A DNA stretch of 54,776 nucleotides from Candidatus Brocadiales bacterium (GTDB lineage Bacteria; Planctomycetota; Brocadiia; Brocadiales; Bathyanammoxibiaceae): NCBI GenBank assembly GCA_046758865.1, contig JBHIBD010000005.1:1-54776 (forward strand), read 5' to 3'. Both the position numbers and the translations under genes were made by a program. Under the pieces are notes generated by a model, which was not told the DNA's origin, made no database searches, and was given only the letters and a program-made list of their open reading frames with translations. This document shows positions 12,301-23,582 of this stretch, one piece after another. How positions within the stretch are numbered: the stretch's first letter is position 1; every line of letters starts with the position of its first letter.

Positions 12301-13425
12301 CCTCTAGGTGCGGCAGTCATGGTGAAGGAAAAGCAGAAGGTCTCTCCCCAGCAAATCCTGGCAAGGTGGGACCCCCACATGACACCCATCCTGGCCGAGT
12401 TTACAGGGAAGATTCGCTTCGAGGACATTGTTGAAGACAAGACAGTACGCTCAGGGATAGAAGTTGCCACAGGTGTTAAGAGAAAGGTCATCATAGAGCA
12501 CAAGGGAGACCTCCATCCGCAGATTATCATCGAAGACGAAAACGGAAAGATTCTTAGTGCCTATCCAATTCCGGAGAAGGCATACATTGAGGTGGAGGAG
12601 GGTGATTCAGTTGTTACTGGAGACCTATTGGCCAAGACACCGAGAGAGATTACGCGCACAGAAGATATTACAGGAGGTCTGCCCAGGGTCACCGAGATAT
12701 TCGAGGCCAGGAAGCCGAAGGACCCGGCCGTTATCAGCGAGATTGACGGTGTGGTGGAACTGGGTGAAAAGAGGCGTGGCAAGAGGACTATCATTGTCAA
12801 AGACGAGGTCTCGGGGCTTCAAAGGGAACATCTTGTACCAAGGGGCAAGCATCTGAAGGTCCATAGAGGCGACCGTGTGAAGGCTGGGGACCCCCTCGTT
12901 GAAGGACCGTTGGTACTTCAGGACATCCTACGCATCTGTGGCGAAGAGGAGCTGCAGCAGTATATGCTAAAAGAGGTTCAGAATGTCTACAGATCCCAGA
13001 ACGTGCCAATAAATGACAAGCATATAGAGATAATCATTGCCCAGATGCTTCGCAAGGTAACGGTAGATGACCCAGGTGACACCAACCTGCTGCCCGGACA
13101 GGTGATAGAAAAGTTTAGGTTTAGGGAAGAAAACAGGCGCATCAAGGAGGCCAAGGGTAAACCAGTTACGGCGAAACCGATGCTCATGGGTATCACCAAG
13201 GCCTCGTTGCAGTCGGATAGCTTTATATCAGCAGCCAGCTTCCAGGAAACTACTAAGGTGTTGACACTCGCGGCCCTTAGAGGACAGAGAGACCCGCTGC
13301 TGGGCTTGAAGGAAAACGTAATCCTCGGACATCTGGTGCCGGCAGGCACGGGGTTTAAGGAACTTACCGCCCTTGATGTGAGGAAGGTAGAACACGAGGA
13401 AGAAAAGGAATTAAAGGGTGCGTGA
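9331..13425 (+). CDS. rpoC: RNA polymerase beta' subunit
   Basis: NADFDGDQM catalytic motif, zinc finger, [12 protein letters not shown]. Confidence 0.99.
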   Translation: MEALFEKINEYNAVDILLASPEDIRSWSYGEVKKPETVNYRTYRPEKDGLFCERIFGPERNWECFCGKYRGIKHKGIVCDRCGVKITHSRERRKRMGHITLAAPVIHIWFFKAMPSRLGTILGMKTTSLERVVYFQDYVVIDPGNTPLSECQLLSEEEYRDCQEKYGEHSFKAGMGAEAIKVLLQKLDLSKLSKELRGELAKTASRQRQREIVRRLELVEAVRDSGNKPEWMVLTVVPVIPPDLRPLVLLESGNFATSDLNDLYRRVINRNNRLKKLLDLNAPEVIIRNEKRMLQQAVDALFDNERSKRPVLGSNNRPLKSLTDMIKGKQGRFRENLLGKRVDYSARSVIVVGPELRLHQVGLPKKIALELFQPFIIRRLKEMGQADTIKSAKRILSKREEIVWDILEEVVRRHPVLLNRAPTLHRIGIQAFEPVLVEGNAIKLHPLVCKGFNADFDGDQMAVHLPLSYEAQIEAITLMLSTNNIFSPASGDPIITPSQDIVLGCFYLTYWVEEWEQEGNGRKMTFSSMDEVLLAHAENKVKVHTQIMLRQPKEKKVIGMAGAKEPKNGLLETTVGRVIFNSILPDTLPFYNFNLNQRGLNGIIQDCYRLLGREQTIELLDAIKNLGFKECTKAGLSLAASDLKMPKKKQEIIAKTEAEVEKIQRFYRKGSITEGERYNQVIDCWTDAGNTVAEEMLWELESDIRDGKRYLNPVFLMTASGARGSTQQIRQLAGMRGLMAKPSGRIIETPIKSNFREGLGVLEYFSSTHGARKGLADTALKTADSGYLTRKLADVAQNVVITGEDCGTLGGITKSAVYRGEKVEVPLSRVIAGRVARNNIVDLVKDEVIVKENGLIDEDKAKRIEALGYEKIRIRSPLMCEMPLGVCAKCYGMDLSRGKQVEDGMAAGIIAAQSIGEPGTQLTMRTFHIGGTAARSVGESEVMAKRTGHVQFGPNLKVVKNPRGQLASLVANGELLLVDDKGRQIDRYVIPLGAAVMVKEKQKVSPQQILARWDPHMTPILAEFTGKIRFEDIVEDKTVRSGIEVATGVKRKVIIEHKGDLHPQIIIEDENGKILSAYPIPEKAYIEVEEGDSVVTGDLLAKTPREITRTEDITGGLPRVTEIFEARKPKDPAVISEIDGVVELGEKRRGKRTIIVKDEVSGLQREHLVPRGKHLKVHRGDRVKAGDPLVEGPLVLQDILRICGEEELQQYMLKEVQNVYRSQNVPINDKHIEIIIAQMLRKVTVDDPGDTNLLPGQVIEKFRFREENRRIKEAKGKPVTAKPMLMGITKASLQSDSFISAASFQETTKVLTLAALRGQRDPLLGLKENVILGHLVPAGTGFKELTALDVRKVEHEEEKELKGA

Positions 13426-13450
13426 GTAAGTAGAGAGGACATATCTTCAT

Positions 13451-13825
13451 ATGACACCTACAATAAACCAGCTGGTTCGGAAGGGGAGAAAGAAGGTAGA
13501 GAAGAGGAGTAAAAGCCCAGACCTAGAGAGTTGTCCCCATAAAAAGGGCGTTTGTCTCCAGGTCATGACCCGTACACCCAAGAAGCCAAACTCCGCCCTC
13601 AGAAAGGTGGCAAGGGTGAGACTCTCCAACGGCAGGGAGATCACCGCCTATATCCCAGGGGAAGGGCACAATCTACAGGAACACTCCATTGTCCTTGTAA
13701 GGGGTGGAAAGGTTAGAGACCTGCCGGGGATAAAGTACCACATAGTTCGCGGCACCCAGGATACTGCCGGTGTGAGTGAAAGGAAGCGGGGGCGTTCCAA
13801 GTATGGTGCAAAGAGCCCTAAGTAA
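13451..13825 (+). CDS. rpsL: 30S ribosomal protein S12
   Basis: [21 protein letters not shown]. Confidence 0.99.
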   Translation: MTPTINQLVRKGRKKVEKRSKSPDLESCPHKKGVCLQVMTRTPKKPNSALRKVARVRLSNGREITAYIPGEGHNLQEHSIVLVRGGKVRDLPGIKYHIVRGTQDTAGVSERKRGRSKYGAKSPK

Positions 13826-13836
13826 GGAGGTTCTTC

Positions 13837-14310
13837 ATGGGACTTGAGTACAGGAGTACAGAGGTCTTTCTTAAGCCGGATGTGAGATACAACAGCAAGT
13901 TGGCCTCTAAGGTCATAAACTGTATAATGCGGAAGGGAAAGAAGAGTACGGCTGAAAGGATATTTTATGCCGCTATGGGCTACATCGAAAAGAAGGTTCA
14001 GGATAAGGATTCTATAGAAATTCTCGAGACAGCTATAAACAACGTGAAGCCCCTTGTAGAGGTTCGTTCCAGACGTATAGGTGGGGCGACATACCAGGTG
14101 CCCGTAGAGGTCCCCAGAAGGAGACAGATCTCTTTGGCCATTAGGTGGATCCTCCAGGCTGCACAAGCTAAAAAGGGTCGCCCCATGTACAGAAGACTGG
14201 CAGACGAACTGCTGGACGGGTATAGAAAACAGGGAGCAGCATACACCAAGAGGGAGAACACACACAAGATGGCAGAGGCCAATAAGGCCTTCGCCCACTT
14301 TACGTGGTAG
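13837..14310 (+). CDS. rpsG: 30S ribosomal protein S7
   Basis: RRIGGATYQVP, HKMAEANKAF. Confidence 0.98.
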   Translation: MGLEYRSTEVFLKPDVRYNSKLASKVINCIMRKGKKSTAERIFYAAMGYIEKKVQDKDSIEILETAINNVKPLVEVRSRRIGGATYQVPVEVPRRRQISLAIRWILQAAQAKKGRPMYRRLADELLDGYRKQGAAYTKRENTHKMAEANKAFAHFTW

Positions 14311-14319
14311 AGAGCGCTT

Positions 14320-16392
14320 ATGAAGAAGAAGATAGACATTGGTAAACTACGCAACATCGGCATAGCCGCCCACATAGATGCGGGTAAAACCACCCTGACC
14401 GAGAGGATTCTCTTTTATACAGGCAGGGCATACAAGATGGGAGAGGTGGACGAGGGTACGGCCACCATGGACTGGATGGAGGAGGAGCAGAAGCGTGGCA
14501 TAACCATTACGGCGGCCGCCACTACATGTTTCTGGGACGACTGTCAGGTAAACGTTATAGATACGCCTGGCCACGTGGACTTTACGGCAGAGGTAGAGAG
14601 ATCTCTCAGGGTGCTGGACGGGGCTATATGCGTGTTCTGCGGCGTAGCCGGTGTACAGGCACAGTCAGAGACGGTATGGCGACAGGCAGACAAATACAAT
14701 GTACCCAGACTCTGTTTCATAAACAAGCTCGATAGGGTTGGTGCTGACTTCTTTCGAGTGATTGCAGATATAAAGGAAAAACTCGGCGCCAAGACCATAC
14801 CGATACAGATGCCCATTGGGAAGGAACAGGACTTCAGAGGTTGTATAGACCTTGTTGGAATGAAGGCATGGCTTTATAAAGATACTGAGTCAAAGAAAGA
14901 ACTTCTTAAAAATTATGAGATGGTTGATATACCAAAAGAATATCTTCCTGAAGCGACCAGGCTGAGGGGGGAGATGATAGAGTGTATCGCAGAGGAAGTG
15001 GACTGGTTCTTGGAAAAATATCTGAGGGAAGAGCCCATAACAGAGGCGGATATAAAGAAGGCCATCCGTCAGGGCACCGTAACCTCAAAATTTACCCCGG
15101 TGCTCTGTGGTTCTGCACTTAAGAATAAGGGGGTGCAGATGCTTCTTGATGCCATCTGCAATTACCTTCCCTCCCCCCGTGATATTCCTCCAGTGACAGG
15201 AACCCACCACAAAGAAGAAGGCATAGTGACTAGAAAACCGTCGGCAGAAGAACCCCTCGCCGCCCTTGCCTTTAAGTTATTCGCAGATAAGCATGGAGAC
15301 ATAACCTACCTTCGTATTTACTCTGGGAGACTACGTTCGGGCCAGAGGGTGTATAACCCCAGGAAACATAAGGTGGAGTTGGTGAGCCGTCTTTACAAGA
15401 TGCACGCCAAGGAACGTGAGCAGGTGGATGAGGCTGCAGCGGGCGATATAGTGGCCGCAGTGGGCTTAAAGGATACGGTGACCGGTGACACCCTATGTGA
15501 GCGTCGGCAACCAATACTTCTCGAGCCAATGCAGTTCCCCGAAACGGTCATCTCCATGGCCATAGAGCCGAAGACCCAGGCAGGGAAAGAGAAGCTTGTC
15601 TATGCCCTGGAGAGGTTGAAAAAGGAAGACCCCACATTTCTCGCACAGATGAATAGTGAGACCGGGCAGCTTATAATGTCCGGTATGGGAGAGCTGCACC
15701 TGGAGGTCTTAAAGAACCGCATGCTCAGCGAGTTCAGTGTGGATGCCAACATAGGTACACCCCGGGTCGCTTATAAAGAAACGATAGCCAGGTCTGTAGA
15801 GATAGAGGAAAAATTTATACAACAGACAGGTGGCCGTGGTCAGTATGGTCATGTTGTCATACTTTTTGAGCCGTGCAAAGATGCCCATCCGGTAATCTTT
15901 GAAGACAAGATTATTGGGGGCGCTATCCCCAAGCAGTACATAAGGGCAGTTCGGTCTGCCATTATGGATTCTGTCCAAGGGGGCGTCTCTGGGGGCTATC
16001 CTCTAATTAATATAAAAGCTACCCTGATAGATGGTTCTCACCATCCTGTAGATTCCTCAGACCTTGCCTTTTATACTGCTGCTTCTCACGCCCTTACACA
16101 GTGTGTGCAACAGGCGGGTTCAGTGCTGCTTGAGCCGATAATGAGGATAGAGGTGGCAGTACCAGAACCCTACTTGGGCGATGTACTTGGCGACCTTAGT
16201 GGACGCAGGGCAGACATACAGGAGCTGGATGTTAGGAGTGGCGTAAGGATAATCAAGGGTTTAGCACCACTGGCCGAGATGTTTGGATACGCCACCACTC
16301 TCAGGTCACTGACCAGCGGCCGTGGCAGTTACATCATGGAGCCTTTTGATTACAGAGCTGTGCCCAAGGAAGTCTGCGCAACCATCGCTTAA
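14320..16392 (+). CDS. fusA: Elongation factor G
   Basis: [29 protein letters not shown]. Confidence 0.98.
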   Translation: MKKKIDIGKLRNIGIAAHIDAGKTTLTERILFYTGRAYKMGEVDEGTATMDWMEEEQKRGITITAAATTCFWDDCQVNVIDTPGHVDFTAEVERSLRVLDGAICVFCGVAGVQAQSETVWRQADKYNVPRLCFINKLDRVGADFFRVIADIKEKLGAKTIPIQMPIGKEQDFRGCIDLVGMKAWLYKDTESKKELLKNYEMVDIPKEYLPEATRLRGEMIECIAEEVDWFLEKYLREEPITEADIKKAIRQGTVTSKFTPVLCGSALKNKGVQMLLDAICNYLPSPRDIPPVTGTHHKEEGIVTRKPSAEEPLAALAFKLFADKHGDITYLRIYSGRLRSGQRVYNPRKHKVELVSRLYKMHAKEREQVDEAAAGDIVAAVGLKDTVTGDTLCERRQPILLEPMQFPETVISMAIEPKTQAGKEKLVYALERLKKEDPTFLAQMNSETGQLIMSGMGELHLEVLKNRMLSEFSVDANIGTPRVAYKETIARSVEIEEKFIQQTGGRGQYGHVVILFEPCKDAHPVIFEDKIIGGAIPKQYIRAVRSAIMDSVQGGVSGGYPLINIKATLIDGSHHPVDSSDLAFYTAASHALTQCVQQAGSVLLEPIMRIEVAVPEPYLGDVLGDLSGRRADIQELDVRSGVRIIKGLAPLAEMFGYATTLRSLTSGRGSYIMEPFDYRAVPKEVCATIA

Positions 16393-16395
16393 GTG

Positions 16396-16423
16396 TTGAC
16401 ATAAGAAAAGAAAGTAGTATCAT
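16396..16423 (+). promoter_or_regulatory. Putative sigma70 promoter of the S10 operon
   Basis: TTGACA-16 nt-TATCAT between fusA and rpsJ. Confidence 0.6.
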
Positions 16424-16448
16424 GTTACTTTTTTCCCCTAGGTGAAAT

Positions 16449-16760
16449 ATGATAATAGACCAGAAGATACGCATACGGATGGAGGCCTACGACCAGAAGG
16501 TGTTGGACCAAGCCGCGGCCGAGATAGTAGAGACAGCGAAACTAACAGGCGCCAAGGTCTCAGGGCCTGTACCCCTACCCACCCGTATTGAAAGATATAC
16601 TGTACTCAGGTCTCCCCATGTTGACAAGAAATCCAGAGAGCAGTTCGAGATAAGGACCCACAAACGTCTTATAGATATAGTGGAGCCCACGGCCAAGACA
16701 GTGGATGCGTTGAATAGGCTCAATATGCCTGCTGGGATAGAGATAAGGATAAAGGTCTAG
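16449..16760 (+). CDS. rpsJ: 30S ribosomal protein S10
   Basis: [20 protein letters not shown]. Confidence 0.98.
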   Translation: MIIDQKIRIRMEAYDQKVLDQAAAEIVETAKLTGAKVSGPVPLPTRIERYTVLRSPHVDKKSREQFEIRTHKRLIDIVEPTAKTVDALNRLNMPAGIEIRIKV

Positions 16761-16770
16761 ATTATATATT

Positions 16771-17100
16771 GAGACCTCTACAAAAGCATTTAAGATGGGG
16801 CGCCATGGGCACATTCGCCTTCGGCGCACCATTGTTTTTGGATTGGTAGAAATTCCCTTTACGATACTACTTTTACGAAATCCTTTGTAGGGGCTTGATT
16901 TATCCCGCCTGAGGCGGGTCTTGAGGCAGCCCGTAGGGTCGCCTCGGGCGACAAGACCTTCACAGACACGGGTGCGATATTACGCGCCTGAAGCGTCATG
17001 CCATAGGCAGTCCGCCTTTGGCGGAGATGCGCCTCTGGCGCAAATCCCGCCCCTATATTTGAATGTAGGAGATGGAAATCTAAAGTCTTGCAGAGGGCTC
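16771..17100. mobile_element. Non-autonomous MITE-like composite of nested palindromic repeats
   Basis: Imperfect terminal inverted repeats GAGACCTCTACAAAAG / GTCTTGCAGAGGGCTC in AT-rich flanks; internal GTAG-type REP pair at 16887-17056 with further hairpin inserts. Confidence 0.65.
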
Positions 17101-17126
17101 ATATCCTTATTAAGGAAGTTTTCGTA

Positions 17127-17759
17127 ATGGTTGACAGTTTGCTTGGAAAGAAATTGGGGATGACTCAGGTATTCCGAGAAGACGGTACCAGGGTTCACGT
17201 GACTGTCCTTGAGGCAGGACCATGTGACATCCTCCAGATAAAGACCCCCGAGAGAGACGGCTACTCCGCCCTTCAACTGGGTTTTGATAGCATGAAGGAA
17301 AAAAGGGCTACAAAGCCACGGATTGGCCACTCAAAGGGGGCAGGTACAGGGCCGAAAAGGTTTATCCGTGAGGTGGCTTACAGTGGAGAGCCAGCCCTTG
17401 AGACCGGGAAGTCCTTGAAGGTAGATATATTCGAGGGCACGAAAAAGGTGGATGTGATTGGTGTCAGCAAGGGCAAAGGGTTCCAGGGGCCCATGAAGAG
17501 GTGGGGCTTTGGAGGGGCCCCCATGACCCACGGTCATACCAGACACAGGACGCTAGGGTCCATTGGCGCTAGCGCCTTTCCATCTAGGGTATGGAAGGGC
17601 AAGAAGATGGCAGGGCATATGGGCCAAGAGAGGACAACTATCCAAAATCTAGAGGTAGTAAGGGTGGATAAAGGGCGAAATTTGCTCCTGGTAAAGGGTG
17701 CCGTGCCAGGGGCCGATGGAGGGTATGTGATTATAAGGAAGAGCGTTAAGGAAGGGTAA
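17127..17759 (+). CDS. rplC: 50S ribosomal protein L3
   Basis: LGKKLGMTQVF, SKGKGFQG, KMAGHMG; ATG at 17127. Confidence 0.98.
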   Translation: MVDSLLGKKLGMTQVFREDGTRVHVTVLEAGPCDILQIKTPERDGYSALQLGFDSMKEKRATKPRIGHSKGAGTGPKRFIREVAYSGEPALETGKSLKVDIFEGTKKVDVIGVSKGKGFQGPMKRWGFGGAPMTHGHTRHRTLGSIGASAFPSRVWKGKKMAGHMGQERTTIQNLEVVRVDKGRNLLLVKGAVPGADGGYVIIRKSVKEG

Positions 17760-17764
17760 GAGAC

Positions 17765-18376
17765 GTGATAGAGCTGGTAGTATATGATTCTAAGGGTAAG
17801 GAGGTGGAGAAGCTGGAACTGGAAGAGGCCAGATTTGGCGGTGAGGTACGTAAGGGCCTCCTCAAGGAGGCTGTAATTATGTATGAGGCAAACAAGAGGG
17901 CTGGCACCGCCTCCACCAAGACCAAGGCAGAGGTGAGCGGTACAGGTAGAAAGCCCTGGGCACAAAAACACACGGGTAGGGCCCGGGCGGGCACACTACG
18001 TTCCCCTCTCTTCCGAAAGGGTGGTGTTGTCTTTGGTCCCAAACCTAGGGACTACTCGTACCATATCCCCAAGAAGGCCAGAAAGCAGGCACTTCGTTCC
18101 GCCCTGTTAGGAAAGTTGCTGGACGGAGAAGTAAAGGTGATTGACAAGTTGGAGTTTAGTAAGCCCAGTACGAAGAAGATGGCGGGTTTGCTAAGAACCC
18201 TTGGTATAGAGGGGAGCTGCCTGGTAGTAGCAGAGGACAGTGGCCACGTAATATGGAAGTCTGCTAGAAACATCCCGGGCCTGAAGGTCATGAAGGCCTC
18301 TCAGTTGAATGCCTATGAGATATTGAAGAGCAACAGGCTTCTTATAACTCGCTCTGAGCTTGGGAATATTGGGTAA
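17765..18376 (+). CDS. rplD: 50S ribosomal protein L4
   Basis: KPWAQKHTGRARAG, GGVVFGPKPRDY. Confidence 0.97.
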   Translation: MIELVVYDSKGKEVEKLELEEARFGGEVRKGLLKEAVIMYEANKRAGTASTKTKAEVSGTGRKPWAQKHTGRARAGTLRSPLFRKGGVVFGPKPRDYSYHIPKKARKQALRSALLGKLLDGEVKVIDKLEFSKPSTKKMAGLLRTLGIEGSCLVVAEDSGHVIWKSARNIPGLKVMKASQLNAYEILKSNRLLITRSELGNIG

Positions 18377-18382
18377 GAGGCA

Positions 18383-18664
18383 TTGGATATACATAGAATT
18401 ATAAAGAGACCTTTACAGACGGAAAAAAGTGTTACTGACAGAGACAAGAACAATTCCTACCACTTTGAGGTGGATAAGAGGGCAAATAAGATACAAATAA
18501 AGCAGGCGGTGGAGACGCTTTTTAACGTAAGGGTTCGAGGCGTAAAGACCTTGCAGAAGCGAAGCAAGCCCAAGAGGACAAGATTTGGACCGGTGAAGAT
18601 TCATGCCTGGAAGAAGGCCGTGGTAACCCTGGAGGAAGGGGACACGATAGACTTGGGATATTAG
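18383..18664 (+). CDS. rplW: 50S ribosomal protein L23
   Basis: TEKS, ANKIQIKQAVE, WKKAVVTL; TTG start. Confidence 0.96.
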   Translation: MDIHRIIKRPLQTEKSVTDRDKNNSYHFEVDKRANKIQIKQAVETLFNVRVRGVKTLQKRSKPKRTRFGPVKIHAWKKAVVTLEEGDTIDLGY

Positions 18665-18673
18665 CGAGGGAAT

Positions 18674-19495
18674 ATGAGAAAGTACAAACCTACATCTCCG
18701 GGTAGACGCTTTGGCAGCGTCGTAGATTTTTCTGAGATAACCTCTCAAGAGCCCGAGAAAACCCTGTTGGAGCCGCTTCCTAAGACAGGTGGCAGGAATA
18801 ATCGGGGTAAGATGACTGCCAGGCATATGGGCGGTGGGGCAAAGAGGAAGTACAGAAAGATCGACTTTAAGAGAGACAAGGACAACATCCCCGCAAAGGT
18901 GGCCTCCATCGAATACGACCCCAATAGGTCTGCCAGGATAGCGCTCCTCAACTACAGGGATGGTGAGAAGAGGTACATCCTGGCACCAGAAGGGCTGAAG
19001 GTGGGGGATGTTGTTGTCTCTGGAGAAAAGGTCGAGCCAAAGGTAGGAAACGCCATGCCACTCAAGAATATTCCCTTAGGAATGGACATACACAACGTTG
19101 AGCTTGAGATAGGTCGTGGTGGGCGGCTATCAAGGTCCGCAGGTAGCATGACTCGACTCCTAGCCAAAGAAGGTGGGTACGCCCATTTGACCTTACCATC
19201 TGGTGAGATACGCAAGGCACATGAGAACTGTAGGGCGACCCTGGGACAGATAGGAAATCCCGACCATGTTAACGTGACATTTGGTAAGGCTGGCAGGAGA
19301 CGACACATGGGTATAAGGCCCCGTGTCCGAGGTGTCGCCATGAACCCCGTGGCCCATCCAATGGGCGGAGGCGAGGGAAGGGCACACGGTGGCCGACCAC
19401 CTTGCTCCCCTACCGGCGTACTGGCCAAGGGGGGCAAGACTAGAAAGAAAAAGGCCATAAGCAATAAGTATATAGTCCGCAGAAGGCAAAAATGA
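18674..19495 (+). CDS. rplB: 50S ribosomal protein L2
   Basis: [29 protein letters not shown]. Confidence 0.99.
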   Translation: MRKYKPTSPGRRFGSVVDFSEITSQEPEKTLLEPLPKTGGRNNRGKMTARHMGGGAKRKYRKIDFKRDKDNIPAKVASIEYDPNRSARIALLNYRDGEKRYILAPEGLKVGDVVVSGEKVEPKVGNAMPLKNIPLGMDIHNVELEIGRGGRLSRSAGSMTRLLAKEGGYAHLTLPSGEIRKAHENCRATLGQIGNPDHVNVTFGKAGRRRHMGIRPRVRGVAMNPVAHPMGGGEGRAHGGRPPCSPTGVLAKGGKTRKKKAISNKYIVRRRQK

Positions 19496-19508
19496 GGTGT
19501 TGGTGTAA

Positions 19509-19799
19509 ATGAGCCGCTCGATAAAAAAAGGACCATATGTAGACGAAAAGCTCTTAAAGAAGGTGACAAAACAGAAGGGGTCTAGCCAGAAGGAACCTAT
19601 AAAGACATGGGCCAGGGCGTGTACCATTATTCCCGAATTTGTGGGTCATACCTTTCTTATCCACAATGGCAAGATATTTCATAAACTTTTTGTTACAGAG
19701 GACATGGTTGGACATAGGCTTGGTGAGTTTGCCCCCACCCGCCTCTTCAGGGGCCATGGTGGTGTGAAGAAGAAAGGGATAAAAATTCCGGGCGGTTAA
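19509..19799 (+). CDS. rpsS: 30S ribosomal protein S19
   Basis: [21 protein letters not shown]. Confidence 0.98.
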   Translation: MSRSIKKGPYVDEKLLKKVTKQKGSSQKEPIKTWARACTIIPEFVGHTFLIHNGKIFHKLFVTEDMVGHRLGEFAPTRLFRGHGGVKKKGIKIPGG

Positions 19800-19801
19800 C
19801 A

Positions 19802-20143
19802 ATGAGGGTAAAGGCCGTTTATAAATACGCAAAGATATCTCCACGGAAGGCAAGACTAGTAGCAGACCTTATTAAGGGCAGACCAGTGAATGATGCCCTG
19901 GAGATTCTCCGCTTCACCCGCAAGAGGGCTGCATACATGATAGATAAGACACTGAGGTCAGCACTGGCTAATGCGGAGGAGAGTATGGAAGTGGATCTAG
20001 ATACCCTTCTGGTGAGCGAGGCAAGGGTGGATGGTGGACCCATACGCAAGTGGCACTGGGCTAGACCTAGAGGCATGTGGGCACCGCTGAAGAAACGAAC
20101 CAGTCATATTACGGTGGTTCTTTCAGACGAAGGCAAACCGTAG
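19802..20143 (+). CDS. rplV: 50S ribosomal protein L22
   Basis: ISPRKARLVADLI, KRTSHITVV. Confidence 0.97.
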   Translation: MRVKAVYKYAKISPRKARLVADLIKGRPVNDALEILRFTRKRAAYMIDKTLRSALANAEESMEVDLDTLLVSEARVDGGPIRKWHWARPRGMWAPLKKRTSHITVVLSDEGKP

Positions 20144-20157
20144 AGAGAGGAGGCATT

Positions 20158-20832
20158 ATGGGCCAAAAGGTCCATCCAAGAGGACTGAGGATAGGCATAA
20201 CCGAGGACTGGCGTTCCAACTGGTACGCCAATAAGAAGGAATTTGGTTCGCTTCTGGTCGAAGACCAAAAGATCCGCAAACACATCAAGAAGAGCTATCA
20301 CTTTGCCGCCATACCTGTTGTACAAATAGAGAGGACTAGAGAAGAGGCAAGGGTTACCCTTCACACGGCCCGTCCCGGGCTCATTATTGGGCGTAAGGGT
20401 GCGGGCATAGACAAGCTGACGGATGAACTGGAGAGTCTAACCGGGCGTCAGATAACAGTAAAGATAAAGGAAGTGAATAAGCCAGAGTTGGATGCCCAAC
20501 TTGTTGCAGAGTCAGTGGCTGAACAATTGGAGAGGCGGGCTGCCTTCCGCAGGGTCATGAGGAAGGCGATGGACGTGACCAGGTCTGCGGGAGCAGAGGG
20601 GTTTAGGGTGCAGGTAGCAGGAAGGCTGGCGGGGACAGAAATAGCCAGAACGGAGTCCATTAGCACAGGAAAAATTCCACTCCACACCTTAAGGGCGAAT
20701 ATTGATTATGGGTTTCATGAGGCCGTTACTACCTATGGGACCATAGGTGTAAAGATTTGGATATATAAAGGGGTCTTTGCCCCAGGGGAGAAACGTCGCT
20801 ATGCGATTGATGCCAAAGAGGGTAAAGTTTAG
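20158..20832 (+). CDS. rpsC: 30S ribosomal protein S3
   Basis: [22 protein letters not shown]; SD GAGGAGG before ATG 20158. Confidence 0.98.
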   Translation: MGQKVHPRGLRIGITEDWRSNWYANKKEFGSLLVEDQKIRKHIKKSYHFAAIPVVQIERTREEARVTLHTARPGLIIGRKGAGIDKLTDELESLTGRQITVKIKEVNKPELDAQLVAESVAEQLERRAAFRRVMRKAMDVTRSAGAEGFRVQVAGRLAGTEIARTESISTGKIPLHTLRANIDYGFHEAVTTYGTIGVKIWIYKGVFAPGEKRRYAIDAKEGKV

Positions 20833-21214
20833 GAAAACCCAGCGTAGGCGCATCAAGGGTAATGCCACGAGAGGGCACACTGTAGCCTTTGGGGAGTATG
20901 GACTCCAGTGCACGGAGCCCGGGTGGATCACTGCCCAGCAGCTAGAGGCTGGCAGGGTTGCCGTAACCCATTTTCTGGCTAGAGAGGGGAAGCTGACCAT
21001 TAGGGTTTTTCCACAGAAATCTGTTAGTTCAAAGCCTATAGAGACCCGTATGGGAAAGGGCAAGGGAGAGCCTGAATTCTGGGTCGCTGTAGTAAAACCC
21101 GGTACCATACTTTACGAGATTGCAGGTGTTCCCGAGCCTATGGCAAGACAGGCCTTTAACCGTGTGGCCCATAAGCTCCCGGTGAAGGTCAGAATGGTGG
21201 GTAGGAGGGTCTAG
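20801..21214 (+). CDS. rplP: 50S ribosomal protein L16
   Basis: [19 protein letters not shown]. Confidence 0.97.
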   Translation: MRLMPKRVKFRKTQRRRIKGNATRGHTVAFGEYGLQCTEPGWITAQQLEAGRVAVTHFLAREGKLTIRVFPQKSVSSKPIETRMGKGKGEPEFWVAVVKPGTILYEIAGVPEPMARQAFNRVAHKLPVKVRMVGRRV

Positions 21215-21216
21215 TG

Positions 21217-21441
21217 ATGAAACCTGCAGAGATTAGGGCCAAATCACGCGAAGAGATTATAGAGGAATTAAAGGGCTGTGAGAGGGAGTTGTTAAACCTA
21301 AGGATCCAGTGGCAGACAGGAGAATTGAAGAACTCTGCACAGTACATCAAGACTAGAAGAGACATAGCAAGGATAAAGACGGTGCTCAAGGAGTTGGAGC
21401 TGGGAATCAACAAGGAACTATATTCCACGGAAACCAAGTAA
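21217..21441 (+). CDS. rpmC: 50S ribosomal protein L29
   Basis: [11 protein letters not shown]; position. Confidence 0.95.
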   Translation: MKPAEIRAKSREEIIEELKGCERELLNLRIQWQTGELKNSAQYIKTRRDIARIKTVLKELELGINKELYSTETK

Positions 21442-21443
21442 CG

Positions 21444-21701
21444 ATGGAAAAAAAGGGCCGCGGGAAGCGAGTAATAGGTATAGTCAGTAGCAACAAGATG
21501 AATAAAACCATTGTTGTAAGAGTGGAAAAGTCAACAAAACACCCTCGTTATGGTAAGTATGTTAAGAGTATTACTGTTTATAAAACCCATGATGAGGAGA
21601 ACAAGGCAAAGGTGGGTGACAAGGTAGAGATTATGGAGACAAGACCCCTTAGCAAGACCAAATGTTGGCGGCTGGTGCGGGTGTTGGGGGAGACGGCCTA
21701 G
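21444..21701 (+). CDS. rpsQ: 30S ribosomal protein S17
   Basis: [17 protein letters not shown]. Confidence 0.97.
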   Translation: MEKKGRGKRVIGIVSSNKMNKTIVVRVEKSTKHPRYGKYVKSITVYKTHDEENKAKVGDKVEIMETRPLSKTKCWRLVRVLGETA

Positions 21702-21702
21702 G

Positions 21703-22071
21703 ATGATAATGGAATATACAAAGTTAGATGTTGCTGATAACACAGGCGCCAAGAAGGTTATGTGCATAAAGGTGCTGGGCGGCTCCACCAGGAAGTATGC
21801 CAGAATCGGTGATATTATAGTGGCCTCTGTGAAGAAGGCCATGCCCGGTGGGGAGGTAAAGAAGGGAGAGGTAGTAAAGGGCGTGGTAGTGCGGACGAAG
21901 CAGAACATCGGTAGGGAAGATGGTTCCTATTTACGGTTTGATAAGAATGCTGTCGTGATTATTGACAACGATGGTAATCCCAGGGGCACCAGAATCTTTG
22001 GTGCGGTTGCAAGGGAGTTGAGGCAAAAGAATTTTATGAAGATATTGTCCCTGGCCCCAGAGGTCGTATAG
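21703..22071 (+). CDS. rplN: 50S ribosomal protein L14
   Basis: [27 protein letters not shown]. Confidence 0.98.
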   Translation: MIMEYTKLDVADNTGAKKVMCIKVLGGSTRKYARIGDIIVASVKKAMPGGEVKKGEVVKGVVVRTKQNIGREDGSYLRFDKNAVVIIDNDGNPRGTRIFGAVARELRQKNFMKILSLAPEVV

Positions 22072-22085
22072 AAAAGAGATAGAGG

Positions 22086-22427
22086 ATGCATGTCGTAAAG
22101 GATGATTTGGTAGAAATAATAGCGGGGGACGAAGCAGGCAAGACCGGAAAGGTCCTGATGATCCTTCCCAGGAATGGGAGGGTATTGGTAGAAGGGGTTA
22201 ATTACGTCTTCAAGCACGTTCGTCCCAGTCAGAAGAACCCGAAGGGCGGAAGGGTGCAGAAAGAGGCCCCTATAGCCGTGTCTAACGTGCTGGTAGTGTG
22301 TACTAATAAAAATTGTGTAAAGTACAACAGGGGCGTAAGGACTCGCGTCAAGCAGGGAGAGGGGAAGTCAAAGGTAAGGGTGTGTTACAAGTGTGGACAT
22401 GCAATAACCGCAGCGACCGAGGGATAA
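22086..22427 (+). CDS. rplX: 50S ribosomal protein L24
   Basis: KOW motif, VLVEGVN, EAPIAVSNV. Confidence 0.96.
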   Translation: MHVVKDDLVEIIAGDEAGKTGKVLMILPRNGRVLVEGVNYVFKHVRPSQKNPKGGRVQKEAPIAVSNVLVVCTNKNCVKYNRGVRTRVKQGEGKSKVRVCYKCGHAITAATEG

Positions 22428-22430
22428 GGG

Positions 22431-22970
22431 GTGGCCAGGTTACTAGCACTCTACAAGGATAAGGTTGTTCCTGAGATGACGGAGAAGTTTGGCTATAAGA
22501 ATGCCCTGGCAGTACCCAGGATTATCAAGATAGTGGTAAACATGGGAGTTGGCAAGGCCCTGGAAAACAAGAAGTATCTCGAAGACGCCCAGAAACAACT
22601 GGGTCTGATTACAGGACAGAGGCCCGTAATTACCAGGGCCAGAAAGTCTATAGCAGGATTTAAGCTTAGGAAGGGAAGCCCTGTTGGATGCAAGGTCACC
22701 TTAAGAGGCGTGAGGATGTACGAGTTTCTTGATAGACTTGTTAACATAACCCTCCCCAGAATAAAGGATTTCAGGGGACTGTCCTCCAAGGGCTTCGACC
22801 AGAGGGGAAATTATACCCTAGGTATACATGAGCAGTTGGTCTTTCCAGAAATAAACCCAGATGAAGTAGAGTTCGTTCAGGGCATGGATATAACTATAGT
22901 CATAAGTAGCAAGAAAAAAGATAGGTGCAAGGAATTACTTCGTCTACTAGGCACACCGTTCAGGGATTAG
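22431..22970 (+). CDS. rplE: 50S ribosomal protein L5
   Basis: KIVVNMGVG, LPRIKDFRG, GMDITI. Confidence 0.98.
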   Translation: MARLLALYKDKVVPEMTEKFGYKNALAVPRIIKIVVNMGVGKALENKKYLEDAQKQLGLITGQRPVITRARKSIAGFKLRKGSPVGCKVTLRGVRMYEFLDRLVNITLPRIKDFRGLSSKGFDQRGNYTLGIHEQLVFPEINPDEVEFVQGMDITIVISSKKKDRCKELLRLLGTPFRD

Positions 22971-22973
22971 AAC

Positions 22974-23159
22974 ATGACTCGAAAGGCTCTACTAGAGAAA
23001 GTAAAAAGAGAACCAAAGTATAAAACCCGCAAGTATAACCGTTGCAAACTTTGCGGTAGGCAAAGGGCATATTACCGCAAGTTCCAGATATGCAGGATTT
23101 GCTTCAGGAACCTGGCCTCCAAGGGGGAGATACCGGGAGTCAGAAAGGCAAGCTGGTAG
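22974..23159 (+). CDS. rpsN: 30S ribosomal protein S14, zinc-type
   Basis: 61 aa, CKLC...[12 protein letters not shown]. Confidence 0.97.
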   Translation: MTRKALLEKVKREPKYKTRKYNRCKLCGRQRAYYRKFQICRICFRNLASKGEIPGVRKASW

Positions 23160-23176
23160 GAGAAGCACCGGTGACC

Positions 23177-23569
23177 ATGACGGACCCGATTGCAGATATG
23201 TTGACCCGCATTAGAAACGCAAACATGAGGGCAAAAGAGAGCGTGGACATACCCCGCTCGAATACAAAGCTTGAGATTGCGAGGGTCCTTAAAAACGAGG
23301 GATTTATAAAGGACTATAAGGAGATAGAGGACGCCTGGCAGGGTGTTATCAGAGTCTACCTCAAATACGGCCATCAGAAAGAAAGGGTTATACATCAGTT
23401 GAAACGGGAGAGTCAACCAGGACGAAGGCTGTACAAGAAAGTAGACGATTTAGGAAAGGTAATGGGAGGGATAGGTATTGCCGTTGTATCCACCTCCAGC
23501 GGTATTATGAGTGACAAGGAGTGTCGTAAGGCCAAGGTGGGTGGAGAAGTCATATGCACGGTCTGGTAG
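23177..23569 (+). CDS. rpsH: 30S ribosomal protein S8
   Basis: [24 protein letters not shown]. Confidence 0.98.
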   Translation: MTDPIADMLTRIRNANMRAKESVDIPRSNTKLEIARVLKNEGFIKDYKEIEDAWQGVIRVYLKYGHQKERVIHQLKRESQPGRRLYKKVDDLGKVMGGIGIAVVSTSSGIMSDKECRKAKVGGEVICTVW

Positions 23570-23582
23570 GAGAGTAGGTGTT

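Noticed and set aside
14320-16449. No tuf after fusA
   Set aside because: tuf is in the upstream tRNA cluster; this arrangement is known in PVC and other phyla
16921-17127. 68-aa ORF in the rpsJ-rplC spacer
   Set aside because: Made of palindromic repeat sequence, with a TTG start and no protein features
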